Shown: positions 1 to 8,529 of the stretch, one piece after another
How positions within the stretch are numbered: position 1 is the first letter of the stretch
How the letters are laid out: every line of letters starts with the position of its first letter
NCBI GenBank assembly: GCA_965117045.1
Contig: OZ220749.1
Span: 2,416,552-2,480,551 of the forward strand
Direction of reading: 5' to 3'
Length of the DNA stretch: 64,000 nucleotides
DNA from: a bacterium
Lineage (GTDB): Bacteria; JAAXHH01
Position numbers and translations under genes: made by a program
Notes under the pieces: generated by a model
Told to the model about the DNA's origin: nothing
Seen by the model: only the letters and a program-made list of their open reading frames with translations
Databases searched by the model: none

Positions 1-139
1 TGGTTGTCTATCTGGCCATCAATGTTGGTCCTGTTACGCTGCGATTCCGGCAAGAAAGTGGATACGGTCAATAGGACCCGTCATGATTCGGCTGCACTTT
101 ATATGGCAATCAGCGTGCTGCGGGATAAGAGGAAGGTAA

Positions 140-1246
140 ATGCCTGCAAAATCCAATGACTCTCTCGATCACCTGGTGCTGGTGTTGGAAGAACGCATCC
201 CACTGATAATCCATGAAGCCAACGTTCCAGGGCTCTCTATCGCGTTGATACGGAATGGGGAGACCGCATGGGCACAGGGCTTCGGCGTAATGAACGCGGA
301 AACACGCCAACCCGTGAAACCGGAAACCATTTTCGAAGGCTGTTCGTTGAGCAAACCGGTTTTCGCATATGCCGCGCTTAAACTTTGCGAAACGGGATGC
401 TTGGTACTGGACAAGCCGCTGTCCCAATATCTTTTAGATCCTTACGTGTCTAACGACCTCAGGGTGCAAAGGATCACAATGAGGCAAGCCCTCGCCCATA
501 CTTCGGGTTTCCCTAACTGGCGTCCTGACTGCTGGGATTCGGATGGTTGGAGCCCTGAAGGCAATCCATTGCAAACATATTTTGAACCTGGCGAGCGCTT
601 CAGCTATTCCGGTGAAGGATACATGTACGTGCAGCATGTGGTCGAGCATGTAACAGGACAGTCTGGTGAATCCTATATGGAGTCCGAGTTGTTCGAGCCG
701 GCCGGAATGGGGTTTAGCACGTATCTATGTACATCGGATCAGGCGCCTGACATGGCGACCGGTCATGATGAACACGGGCAACCGGCGAAAAAACAGATGT
801 ATAAGTCTATGTGTTCGGCCGCCAGCCTTCATTCGACCCCTTCGGACATCGCCAGAATCTTAGGCGCATGTATGCGACCCGGCTCCGGTATTTCCTGGCA
901 CATCAGTACCGAGTTGGCGAAGGAAATGGCCACCGCCCAGGTGCCGGTAAATGATTCTGCTTCGTGGCATGACGATTGGCCGGATGTCCCGGTAAAGAAT
1001 GATCCCTTTGTTTCGTGGGGACTTGGATGGGCCACCCAGAATCACAAAGGGCTGAAAGCTATCTGGCATTGGGGAGACAATGGGCCCTTTAAGGCATTTG
1101 CGTTGGGGTACTCTGAAGAAGGGATAGGAATAGTGGCGATGGCCAACGGATCGAATGGCTACAAACTCTGGTCCGCGTTGTGCGACATGGCAATGGGCGG
1201 CGAGTATCCCTGTATCGACTGGTTGAACAGAGTAGTGTATAGCTGA
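140..1246 (+). CDS. serine hydrolase, beta-lactamase-related (class C beta-lactamase/esterase-like)
   Basis: 368-aa ORF. SxxK active-site motif (CSLSKP) about 70 aa from the N-terminus. Overall similarity to penicillin-binding/beta-lactamase-fold esterases. Confidence 0.7.
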   Translation: MPAKSNDSLDHLVLVLEERIPLIIHEANVPGLSIALIRNGETAWAQGFGVMNAETRQPVKPETIFEGCSLSKPVFAYAALKLCETGCLVLDKPLSQYLLDPYVSNDLRVQRITMRQALAHTSGFPNWRPDCWDSDGWSPEGNPLQTYFEPGERFSYSGEGYMYVQHVVEHVTGQSGESYMESELFEPAGMGFSTYLCTSDQAPDMATGHDEHGQPAKKQMYKSMCSAASLHSTPSDIARILGACMRPGSGISWHISTELAKEMATAQVPVNDSASWHDDWPDVPVKNDPFVSWGLGWATQNHKGLKAIWHWGDNGPFKAFALGYSEEGIGIVAMANGSNGYKLWSALCDMAMGGEYPCIDWLNRVVYS

Positions 1247-1360
1247 TGTGCGGGGTACGCAGCTCGAGACATTGGATCCTCCGTTTTTGAGTGTAGTGTT
1301 TTGTGCTGCGCTGTGCTGTGAGGTGGTCTTCGATGACTGCCGGAATTCAAAGGTGAAACA

Positions 1361-2125
1361 ATGAAAGAATTCCCTGAGCGTCCTATCGCGCTAGTTACAG
1401 GAGTGAGCCGCAAAATAGGCATCGGCGCAGCTATCTCTCTGGCCCTGGCCAAGGCAGGTTGGGATGTGGCAACTACTTTCTGGCGACCGTACGATGCCTC
1501 CATGCCCTGGGGTAGCGATGATAACGCAACCGGGGAAATCGCTGATCAGGTCCGTGGTTTCTCGGCAAGGACAGTTTCCATAGAAGCCGACCTGTCAGAC
1601 ATCGCTTCTCCGAAGCGTGTTTTTGACCGGGTAGAAAGCTCCCTTGGCCTTGTCTCCGCTCTGGTGATGGCACACTGTCATTCGGTAGAAAGCAATATCG
1701 AAAACACAACTATTGAGAGCTTTGATCTGCATTTTGCGGTTAACGCTCGAGCTACATGGCTGCTGACAAGGGAGTTTGGAAAACGATTCAAGGGTGATCA
1801 TGGTCGTGGCCGTATCATCTCGATAACGAGCGATCATACTACGCACCACCTGCCCTACGGGGCCAGCAAGGGAGCGATGGACCGAATTGTCCTGGCTTCT
1901 GCCCACGAATTCAGGGACCGGGGAGTCACAGCAAACGTAATTAACCCGGGTGGAACAGACACAGGCTGGATGTCGGATGATCTGAAAGAGCAGATACGTC
2001 ATGAGACACCGCTTGGCCGAATCGGCTTGCCTGAGGACTGTTCCCGCCTCGTCAGTTTCCTCTGTTCCGAAGAGGGTGGTTGGATAAACGGCCAGTTATT
2101 ATACAGTGATGGCGGTGTTCGATAA
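1361..2125 (+). CDS. SDR family oxidoreductase
   Basis: N-terminal Rossmann glycine motif LVTGVSRKIGIG. Typical roughly 250-aa short-chain dehydrogenase length. NPGG..T segment near the C-terminus. Confidence 0.75.
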   Translation: MKEFPERPIALVTGVSRKIGIGAAISLALAKAGWDVATTFWRPYDASMPWGSDDNATGEIADQVRGFSARTVSIEADLSDIASPKRVFDRVESSLGLVSALVMAHCHSVESNIENTTIESFDLHFAVNARATWLLTREFGKRFKGDHGRGRIISITSDHTTHHLPYGASKGAMDRIVLASAHEFRDRGVTANVINPGGTDTGWMSDDLKEQIRHETPLGRIGLPEDCSRLVSFLCSEEGGWINGQLLYSDGGVR

Positions 2126-2254
2126 GGATGGTGTCGTTGAAACCAGCCATACTTGCATACCGCTTAGCAGCACGGTTAGCATGACGTAGATTCACCCTGG
2201 GTTCGCAGTGCACGAGATATCGTCAGGAAAAGGACAGTCTGAGAGGACCGATTA

Positions 2255-2782
2255 ATGCAGTGGGACTACTACCGTCCTCATATAGACCGGAGAGTTCCCG
2301 GCAACAAAGTAGACCTGACGCCCCTGTGCAACGAATCAGCAGTTCGCAGGAACCTGATTCTCGATCTCGCCCGTCCATTCCGCAATGTCGATGTGGACAA
2401 GGTAGCGAGTCCGGAGTCGCTGGGATTCATCCTGGGCAGTGCGGTCGCTCAGAGGCTGAACCGGGGCTTCATACCCTTCCGTAAAGGAGGGGAACTTCCC
2501 ATTCATCGTCAGCACAAGTCGAGAATCTCGTTTGTAGACTACACGAACACGAAGAAGTCTCTGGAGGTGAACAAAAACCTGATAAAACCCGGCGAACGCA
2601 TACTGATTGTGGACGATGTGATCGACACCGGCGCCCAGGTCAAGGCCATGATCAAGTTGATCGAACGCCTGCAGGGTAAAGTTGTGGGTGTTTCGGTGCT
2701 GGTTGCGGACAGGAGCCGGAAAACGGAGCATCTGATTAAAACGCACAACGTGCATGCCATATATATGCCTATTGTTCGTTGA
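2255..2782 (+). CDS. phosphoribosyltransferase, adenine PRTase-like
   Basis: PRPP-binding motif ILIVDDVIDTGAQ. Upstream GFIPFRKGGELP resembles the APRT GFVPVRKKGKLP block. Has an unusual roughly 50-aa N-terminal extension. Confidence 0.6.
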   Translation: MQWDYYRPHIDRRVPGNKVDLTPLCNESAVRRNLILDLARPFRNVDVDKVASPESLGFILGSAVAQRLNRGFIPFRKGGELPIHRQHKSRISFVDYTNTKKSLEVNKNLIKPGERILIVDDVIDTGAQVKAMIKLIERLQGKVVGVSVLVADRSRKTEHLIKTHNVHAIYMPIVR

Positions 2783-2854
2783 AATTGATGCCGAAAAGGA
2801 AGAATCGTTGATCGTGGAGACCTCCGATCATGGACTTTCCTGGAGGAGCTGGTA

Positions 2855-3304
2855 ATGGCCGAAGAATCCGACAATCAACACGTTCACATCGGCGCTTACG
2901 CGTTGTGCCGCGACCCTTCGAACCGCCTGCTCCTGGTTCGTGCGACGGCCGGCCTCGAGGACGGAGGCCTGTGGACGATGCCCGGCGGCGGAATCGAATG
3001 GGGCGAGCACCCGGGTGCCGCGTTGCGCCGCGAACTGGAGGAGGAGACAGGGCTCGTAGACATCAGGGCGTACCGCGTGGCCGCCGTGTATTCGCATGCC
3101 TATGATTATCGCGAAGCTTGGCAGGGCGACCCGGTGCACCACATCGGCATCGTATACGAGGTTGATCTCGCGGCGTTCGACCTGAGACCCGAAAAAGAAG
3201 GATCGACCGATCACTGCGAGTGGCTTACCGAAAGCCAGGTTCGAAAATTGCCTCTGGGACCGTTAGCGGAGTTCGCGGTCAAGCTGGCATGGCCAAAAAC
3301 ATAG
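2855..3304 (+). CDS. NUDIX hydrolase
   Basis: Nudix box GGGIEWGEHPGAALRRELEEETGL (GX5EX7REUXEEXGU). Confidence 0.8.
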   Translation: MAEESDNQHVHIGAYALCRDPSNRLLLVRATAGLEDGGLWTMPGGGIEWGEHPGAALRRELEEETGLVDIRAYRVAAVYSHAYDYREAWQGDPVHHIGIVYEVDLAAFDLRPEKEGSTDHCEWLTESQVRKLPLGPLAEFAVKLAWPKT

Positions 3305-3443
3305 CGGCAGGTTATCTTGGCTGGCAGGTTATCTTGGATGATTGAATTGCGCAGTATACTCAAGGATACATTCGTGTCCTGGCATGGATAGAAATGAGCG
3401 TCCTGGAAATTCTGGGGTGCTGATTAAAACGATAGGTGCATGA

Positions 3444-3797
3444 ATGAAACCCGCTCCCATAAAAGAAACCGTCGCATTCGAGGATTTCGAGAAACTCGAC
3501 ATTCGTGCCGGTACAATCACTTCGGTTGAGGAAGTGGACAATTCAAACAAGTTCGTGAAGCTGGTTGTCGACTTCGGGGATCACTCCCGGTCGATCCTGG
3601 CGGGCATCAAGCAGGAACGGTCCGACCCTCGCGAAATCGAAGGAAAGCAAGCGCACTTCGTGGTAAACCTGTACGAGCGGGAAATGGCCGGTGAAGTATC
3701 CCAGGGAATGCTCTTCGATATAGGATACGCGGACGGACTTACGCCGTGTCTGTTGGTTCCCGAACTGCCTGTGCCGGACGGCGCAAGGGCGGGTTGA
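3444..3797 (+). CDS. tRNA-binding domain protein (CsaA/EMAP-like)
   Basis: 117-aa ORF with the conserved CsaA pattern: F.KLDIR.G.I..VE...nS.KL..L.VDfG.. then SQGMLF. Confidence 0.65.
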   Translation: MKPAPIKETVAFEDFEKLDIRAGTITSVEEVDNSNKFVKLVVDFGDHSRSILAGIKQERSDPREIEGKQAHFVVNLYEREMAGEVSQGMLFDIGYADGLTPCLLVPELPVPDGARAG

Positions 3798-3901
3798 CGC
3801 GATACCGCGGGAGGTTTGCCCATTGGCGCGCCGCACCATGCCGACGATCGGTTACGTTCTTTATCAAGATCCGTTCTTCAATTGGACTGAGTGGAGGTAG
3901 C

Positions 3902-5170
3902 ATGGCGTCCGAAACCGTTATCGGCCGCCGCCAGCGCGAGCACGCACGCTATGGCGCCGCGACCCAGCAGGAGTTTGATGGACCGCTCCCGCAGCCCTTT
4001 CCCCGGGAGATCGGCCCGCACGCCATGGAGTACCTGGCCGAGGTTGTGGATTCCGGCCTCACCTGCGACATGGTGGGCCGGTTCGAACGCGCCTTTGCCG
4101 AGGCCAACGGCGCCGCCCACTGCATTGCCACGCCGGGATGCACGCCGGCCCTGGCCGTGCTGGCCGCGGCCTTCGATTTCGAACCGGGCGACGAGATCAT
4201 CGTGAGCTCGGTCAGCGATTTCGGCACCGTCCAGGGCCTGATCAGCGCAGGATACATTCCCGTGTTCGCCGATACCGCGCCCGGCACGATCAACGTGAGT
4301 GCCGAGACCATCGAGGCATGCATTTCCGACCGCACCCGGGCGGTCCTCGTCGTGCACCTGAGCGGCCTGATCTGCGACATGGACGCCATCAACGAAGTCG
4401 CCGCGCGTCACGGCCTGGTGGTCTACGAGGACGCCTGCCAGGCGGTCTTCGGCCGTTACAAGGGCCGCTACGCCGGCACTCTGGCGACGGCCGGGGGATT
4501 CTCTTTCGACTCAGAGAAGACCATGGGCTCTGACGTGGGCGGCTGCATCCTCACCGATGACGATGCACTGGCCGAACGGGCACGCTTCGTCGGCCACAGC
4601 CGCGCCGGGGAGATGGTGGAGCACTTCGGACGGGTGCACACGGTGAACGGTTTCGCCCATCGCATGACCCAGTCCACCGCGGCGATCAGTCTGGCTCAAT
4701 TGGAGATCATTAAGCCGCAGGTGGAGCAGCGCGACCGCATGATCCGCCTGCTGAGCGCGCGCCTTGACGAGATCCCGGGCATCACGGCACTGCCGATCCC
4801 GCCGGAGACCGAAGTCTACTCCTGCTGGATGGCAGGATTCACGATCGACCCTGAACAGTTCAAATGCGACGTGGAGGAATTCGGCGCGCAGGTAGCGGCG
4901 GCCGGCGTCCCCGGGGCGAGTCCGATGCGCTACTACCTGCTGCCGGTGGCTCTGCCCTTTCTCAACGAGGCGGCGACGCGGCTACGCTTCCCGTATTCCC
5001 AACCTCCGGCGTCACGCGCCTACCGCTACGATGCGGAAAGCTGCCCGAATGCCCACGAGATACTGGAGCGCTTCATCCGGTGGAGTTCGTTCTGCGACAA
5101 GTACGAGCCTCACCACTGCGAGCAGGCGGCCGCGATCGTGCGCCGCGTCGCGGAGGAGAACCGGAGATGA
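3902..5170 (+). CDS. DegT/DnrJ/EryC1/StrS family PLP-dependent aminotransferase
   Basis: Fold-type I sugar aminotransferase pattern (IIVSSVSDFGTVQ, FSFDSEKTMGS with candidate PLP lysine, HFGRVHTVNGF). Start moved to the ATG at 3902 inside the longer ORF 3746..5170. Confidence 0.75.
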   Translation: MASETVIGRRQREHARYGAATQQEFDGPLPQPFPREIGPHAMEYLAEVVDSGLTCDMVGRFERAFAEANGAAHCIATPGCTPALAVLAAAFDFEPGDEIIVSSVSDFGTVQGLISAGYIPVFADTAPGTINVSAETIEACISDRTRAVLVVHLSGLICDMDAINEVAARHGLVVYEDACQAVFGRYKGRYAGTLATAGGFSFDSEKTMGSDVGGCILTDDDALAERARFVGHSRAGEMVEHFGRVHTVNGFAHRMTQSTAAISLAQLEIIKPQVEQRDRMIRLLSARLDEIPGITALPIPPETEVYSCWMAGFTIDPEQFKCDVEEFGAQVAAAGVPGASPMRYYLLPVALPFLNEAATRLRFPYSQPPASRAYRYDAESCPNAHEILERFIRWSSFCDKYEPHHCEQAAAIVRRVAEENRR

Positions 5171-5970
5171 GCGAGCGCCACGTTGATCATTCGGTGGAGC
5201 ACACCATGCGCCTTCCCGCCCGTTACTACCGGGCCCTGCCCACCGACCGGCCGGGATACGAAGAAACCATCCTGACGCTCCCGGTGGAGAAGACGGCCCT
5301 GGTGGGCATGCATTGCTGGAACATCGGCTGTCCGGACGGTCCGGCTACGGACCCCGACTACTGTGTCGGCATGGGCTGGCCCCAGGCGACGCGGGAAGCC
5401 GCCCGCATCATGGTCGAGGTCATTCGTCCGGCCATGGACCTGGCCCGTTCGATCGATATGCCGGTCTGCCACGTCGAAACGGACTGGATGGATGTAAAAT
5501 ACCCACACATCGCGTCGAGGCGGGCGGCGGCAACCTCACCGGCGCACCCTCGCCAGCAAGCAATGCTCGATCGGGCCCACGGCGTCGACTACATGGAGCA
5601 CTCACCCCTGGCGGAGATGCGGCGCGCCGAGATCGTTTCCCCGGTCGGGGACGAGCCCCTCGTGTTCTATTCCGACAAGCTGGACGAATACCTGCGCGAG
5701 CGCGGCATCGAGACGCTTATCTACATGGGGTTCGCGGCCGACATGTGCCTGCTCGGCGCCGAGGGAGGCGCACGGCCCATGCTGGCGCGCGGATATCGTT
5801 GCGTGGTCATGCGAGACGCGACCGTCGGCGTCGAGTCGCCGGACACCTTCCCGCAACGGCTGGCAACCAACTATGGGCTCCACATATTCGAGTGGACCCT
5901 CGGCCACGGCTGTACCTTCGCGCAGTTCAAGCAGGCCGTCGAGCAAGTCCAGGACGGTCGGGCCACCTGA
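5167..5970 (+). CDS. isochorismatase-family (cysteine hydrolase) protein
   Basis: C-terminal block IYMGFAADMCLLG...GYRCVVMRDA matches the isochorismatase catalytic-Cys region. Its start ATG overlaps the stop of the upstream gene (ATGA), suggesting translational coupling. Confidence 0.6.
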   Translation: MSERHVDHSVEHTMRLPARYYRALPTDRPGYEETILTLPVEKTALVGMHCWNIGCPDGPATDPDYCVGMGWPQATREAARIMVEVIRPAMDLARSIDMPVCHVETDWMDVKYPHIASRRAAATSPAHPRQQAMLDRAHGVDYMEHSPLAEMRRAEIVSPVGDEPLVFYSDKLDEYLRERGIETLIYMGFAADMCLLGAEGGARPMLARGYRCVVMRDATVGVESPDTFPQRLATNYGLHIFEWTLGHGCTFAQFKQAVEQVQDGRAT

Positions 5971-5985
5971 TATGAGTCAAGCACC

Positions 5986-7029
5986 ATGAGCCTGAAAATC
6001 TGTCCGTGGAAATACGGCAAGCGCTGGGTCTACTCGATCACCTACGACGAGGCCCTCGCCGACCTGCATCGCTTCGCCATCCCCATACACGAGGAGTACG
6101 GCATCCCCGGACACGTGGAAGTCGTCGTCGGCCAGTTGGGCGAGGTCCGCAATATCGGCGCTTCGAGCTTCAACGGCTACCGGCACATGAATGCGGAGGA
6201 GTTACGCGACTTGCTCGCCCGCGGCTGGGGCGTGGGCAACCATTCGTGGAGCCACGAGGTGATCACACCGGCGATGGTGGAAAGAGAGATCGGCCACGCC
6301 AAGGAAGTACTTGAGGAAGCCCTCGGCGAAGCGATCATCCTGTACTGCTCGCCCGGAGACAACACCAACATGGCCGACCATGTCCTCGATGCCTGTCGCC
6401 GGTATGACTACCTGGGGGCCATGAGCCTGACGGACGCGCTGAATCTCCCCGGAGACGAGCTGTTCTGGATCAACCGCACGGCGCTCCACGACCACTACTA
6501 CCCGCCCTTCTACAGCGCCTACGATCCTTACCGGAATATCCGCCAGGCCCAGGCCGTTCAAGGCTGGCTCATCGATTACTGCCACTGTCCCCTGGAGACG
6601 GCCGTCCATCCCAACAAGGACTGTTCCGAAGCCCAGCTCAGAAAGCGCATCGAGACGATCTTGTCCGAAGGCGATGATGCGGTCTGGTGCGCGGTACCCG
6701 AAGAAGCGCTCAGCTATCACCTGATGCGGCGCCACGGCCGGATCGAAACGGTTGACGAAGGCGAGACCGGGGACACTGGCGGGCAGACCACAGATTCCAA
6801 GGAAGAAGCGCAGCGTTTTCGTATTGATCTGCCCGGGTTGCCCGAACAAGTGCCATACCGCAGTCTGACTTTAGAGGCCAGTGTTCCGGCAGCCTGGTGC
6901 CGCGACCCACGCGTGGTGGTGGACGGACGGGAACTCATGGCAGAGGTCGCGCGGCCCGGTGTGCTGCGGTTTACTACGCCGGTGCGGGACGGGACCGAGG
7001 TCGCTTTGTGCGGCACACCTCGCCCCTGA
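5986..7029 (+). CDS. polysaccharide deacetylase (NodB-homology) family protein
   Basis: NodB-type motifs including GNHSWSH and a TFDD-like N-terminal region (ITYDEA). Confidence 0.7.
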   Translation: MSLKICPWKYGKRWVYSITYDEALADLHRFAIPIHEEYGIPGHVEVVVGQLGEVRNIGASSFNGYRHMNAEELRDLLARGWGVGNHSWSHEVITPAMVEREIGHAKEVLEEALGEAIILYCSPGDNTNMADHVLDACRRYDYLGAMSLTDALNLPGDELFWINRTALHDHYYPPFYSAYDPYRNIRQAQAVQGWLIDYCHCPLETAVHPNKDCSEAQLRKRIETILSEGDDAVWCAVPEEALSYHLMRRHGRIETVDEGETGDTGGQTTDSKEEAQRFRIDLPGLPEQVPYRSLTLEASVPAAWCRDPRVVVDGRELMAEVARPGVLRFTTPVRDGTEVALCGTPRP

Positions 7030-7110
7030 GTGGTTCCTATTGAGTATGAACAGCATCACCCATCCGGCGATTACGGGGAAATGGCTCAATCGATGGAGAG
7101 GAGTTCCGGT

Positions 7111-7851
7111 ATGACAGCGCGTGTTTTTGGCCTGCTGGTACTTGCATTCTGCTGCATGCTACTGTTCGACAACCCGTGCGATGCCCAGACAGAGGAAAGA
7201 CAGGTTGCAAAACGGCTTGCGCCATCCAATAATGGAGAGACCGGCGAGATGAGTTACCTCCTGTACCTGCCACCGGCATACGAATCAAACGAGATGAAAT
7301 GGCCGCTGCTCCTCTTCCTGCATGGCGCGGGCGAGCGTGGAGACGATCTAGAGTTGGTGAAAGTCCACGGCCCTCCTAAAATGATCGCGCAAGGGAGGGA
7401 TTTCCCCTTCGTGGTCATCTCGCCACAGTGCCCCGATGGTGAGATATGGTCCATCGAAACGCTTCATGCACTGATCAATGAAGTCGTCGAAACTCATCGC
7501 ATCGATACGTCCCGGATCTACGTAACCGGTCTGAGTATGGGCGGATACGGGTCTTGGGGACTGGCTTACACCTATCCGGACCTGTTCGCAGCGGCCGTTC
7601 CCATCTGCGGGGGCGGCGAGCCTGAGAAAGCGCCGCTGATGAAGGAGATTCCGACCTGGGTCTTCCACGGCGCGAAAGACACGGCCGTGCCGCTGGAGCG
7701 ATCCCAGGAGATGGTCGATGCGCTTGAGGAAGCCGGGGGCAACGTCCAATTCACCGTGTACCCGGATGCTGGACATGTCGGGGCATGGGAAAATGCTTAC
7801 GGAGATCCTGAGCTTTGGGAATGGCTGGTGAAGCAGGAGCGGAAGGATTAA
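7111..7851 (+). CDS. secreted alpha/beta-hydrolase esterase (phospholipase/carboxylesterase / PHB-depolymerase-like)
   Basis: Signal peptide MTARVFGLLVLAFCCMLL after SD GGAGAGGAG. Nucleophile elbow GLSMGG. Catalytic-triad-like D...H near the C-terminus. Confidence 0.7.
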   Translation: MTARVFGLLVLAFCCMLLFDNPCDAQTEERQVAKRLAPSNNGETGEMSYLLYLPPAYESNEMKWPLLLFLHGAGERGDDLELVKVHGPPKMIAQGRDFPFVVISPQCPDGEIWSIETLHALINEVVETHRIDTSRIYVTGLSMGGYGSWGLAYTYPDLFAAAVPICGGGEPEKAPLMKEIPTWVFHGAKDTAVPLERSQEMVDALEEAGGNVQFTVYPDAGHVGAWENAYGDPELWEWLVKQERKD

Positions 7852-8034
7852 CGAATCCAACCATCATACAAGACCTGACTACCTCCTCTACTCACGCTTC
7901 CGGGATACCAATCACTCTGGTTGCAGGGTAATTTCCTCAAACACGATTCTCTTAAATGTGTTAACGGAAAGGGTTAACAGGTTTATATTACCACGAATGG
8001 AAAAATCGTCCACGAATAGGCGATTGGAGAGACT

Positions 8035-8319
8035 GTGCCACAGAATAAAACCAGGGAAGGTTCCTTAAAGCGGGACTGGATCTCGCCACCCGGTCATACC
8101 ATAGCGGATCTGCTCGAAGAGCGTAACTGGACGCAAACCGAATTGGCAGAGCTTATGGGTGTGTCGCACAGGCATGTGAGTGAGTTACTCACCGGGAAGG
8201 CTGCGATCTCGGAAGCGAATGCCATCAAACTGGCACGCGTGCTGGGAAGTACGGTTGGATTCTGGCTAAACCGTGAAGCGGGTTATAGAGCGGCTCTTGA
8301 CGATCTCCACGCGATATAG
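8035..8319 (+). CDS. higA: HigA-family antitoxin-like XRE HTH protein (no HigB partner found)
   Basis: 94-aa HTH_XRE protein with the HigA pattern (PPGHTIADLLEERNWTQTELAELMGVSHRHVSELLTGKAAIS...). Lower-GC surroundings. No toxin ORF in the 180 bp upstream. Confidence 0.6.
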   Translation: MPQNKTREGSLKRDWISPPGHTIADLLEERNWTQTELAELMGVSHRHVSELLTGKAAISEANAIKLARVLGSTVGFWLNREAGYRAALDDLHAI

Positions 8320-8334
8320 CAACTAAATGACGAC

Positions 8335-8529
8335 GTGAGTTGGTTGGACGAACTGCACGATTTGCCAAATACCAGAGCAGAGGTCATCCAATTCGCCAGG
8401 AAGATAGGCATCCAACCAGGCATCGTCGTCGGATGGATGCAACTCGAAGGGTTCTTATCCCACAGGCAACTGTACGACTTGTCAGCACACCCGCAATATC
8501 CCACCACCCCGCCGGGAAACCTCGAATGA
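8335..8529 (+). CDS. hypothetical small protein, possibly the C-terminal remnant of an ImmA/IrrE-like partner gene
   Basis: 64-aa ORF 16 nt downstream of higA. The segment FARKIGIQPGIVVGWMQLEGFLS resembles the C-terminal helix of ImmA/IrrE proteins. No HEXXH motif. Overlaps the 3' end of the convergent heparinase-like gene. Confidence 0.2.
   Translation: MSWLDELHDLPNTRAEVIQFARKIGIQPGIVVGWMQLEGFLSHRQLYDLSAHPQYPTTPPGNLE

Noticed and set aside
8035-8319. Possible complete HigB-HigA toxin-antitoxin module
   Set aside because: Only the antitoxin-like HTH gene is present. The 180-bp upstream region and the downstream 64-aa ORF do not encode a RelE/ParE-fold toxin, so I call it an orphan antitoxin-like regulator rather than a TA system.
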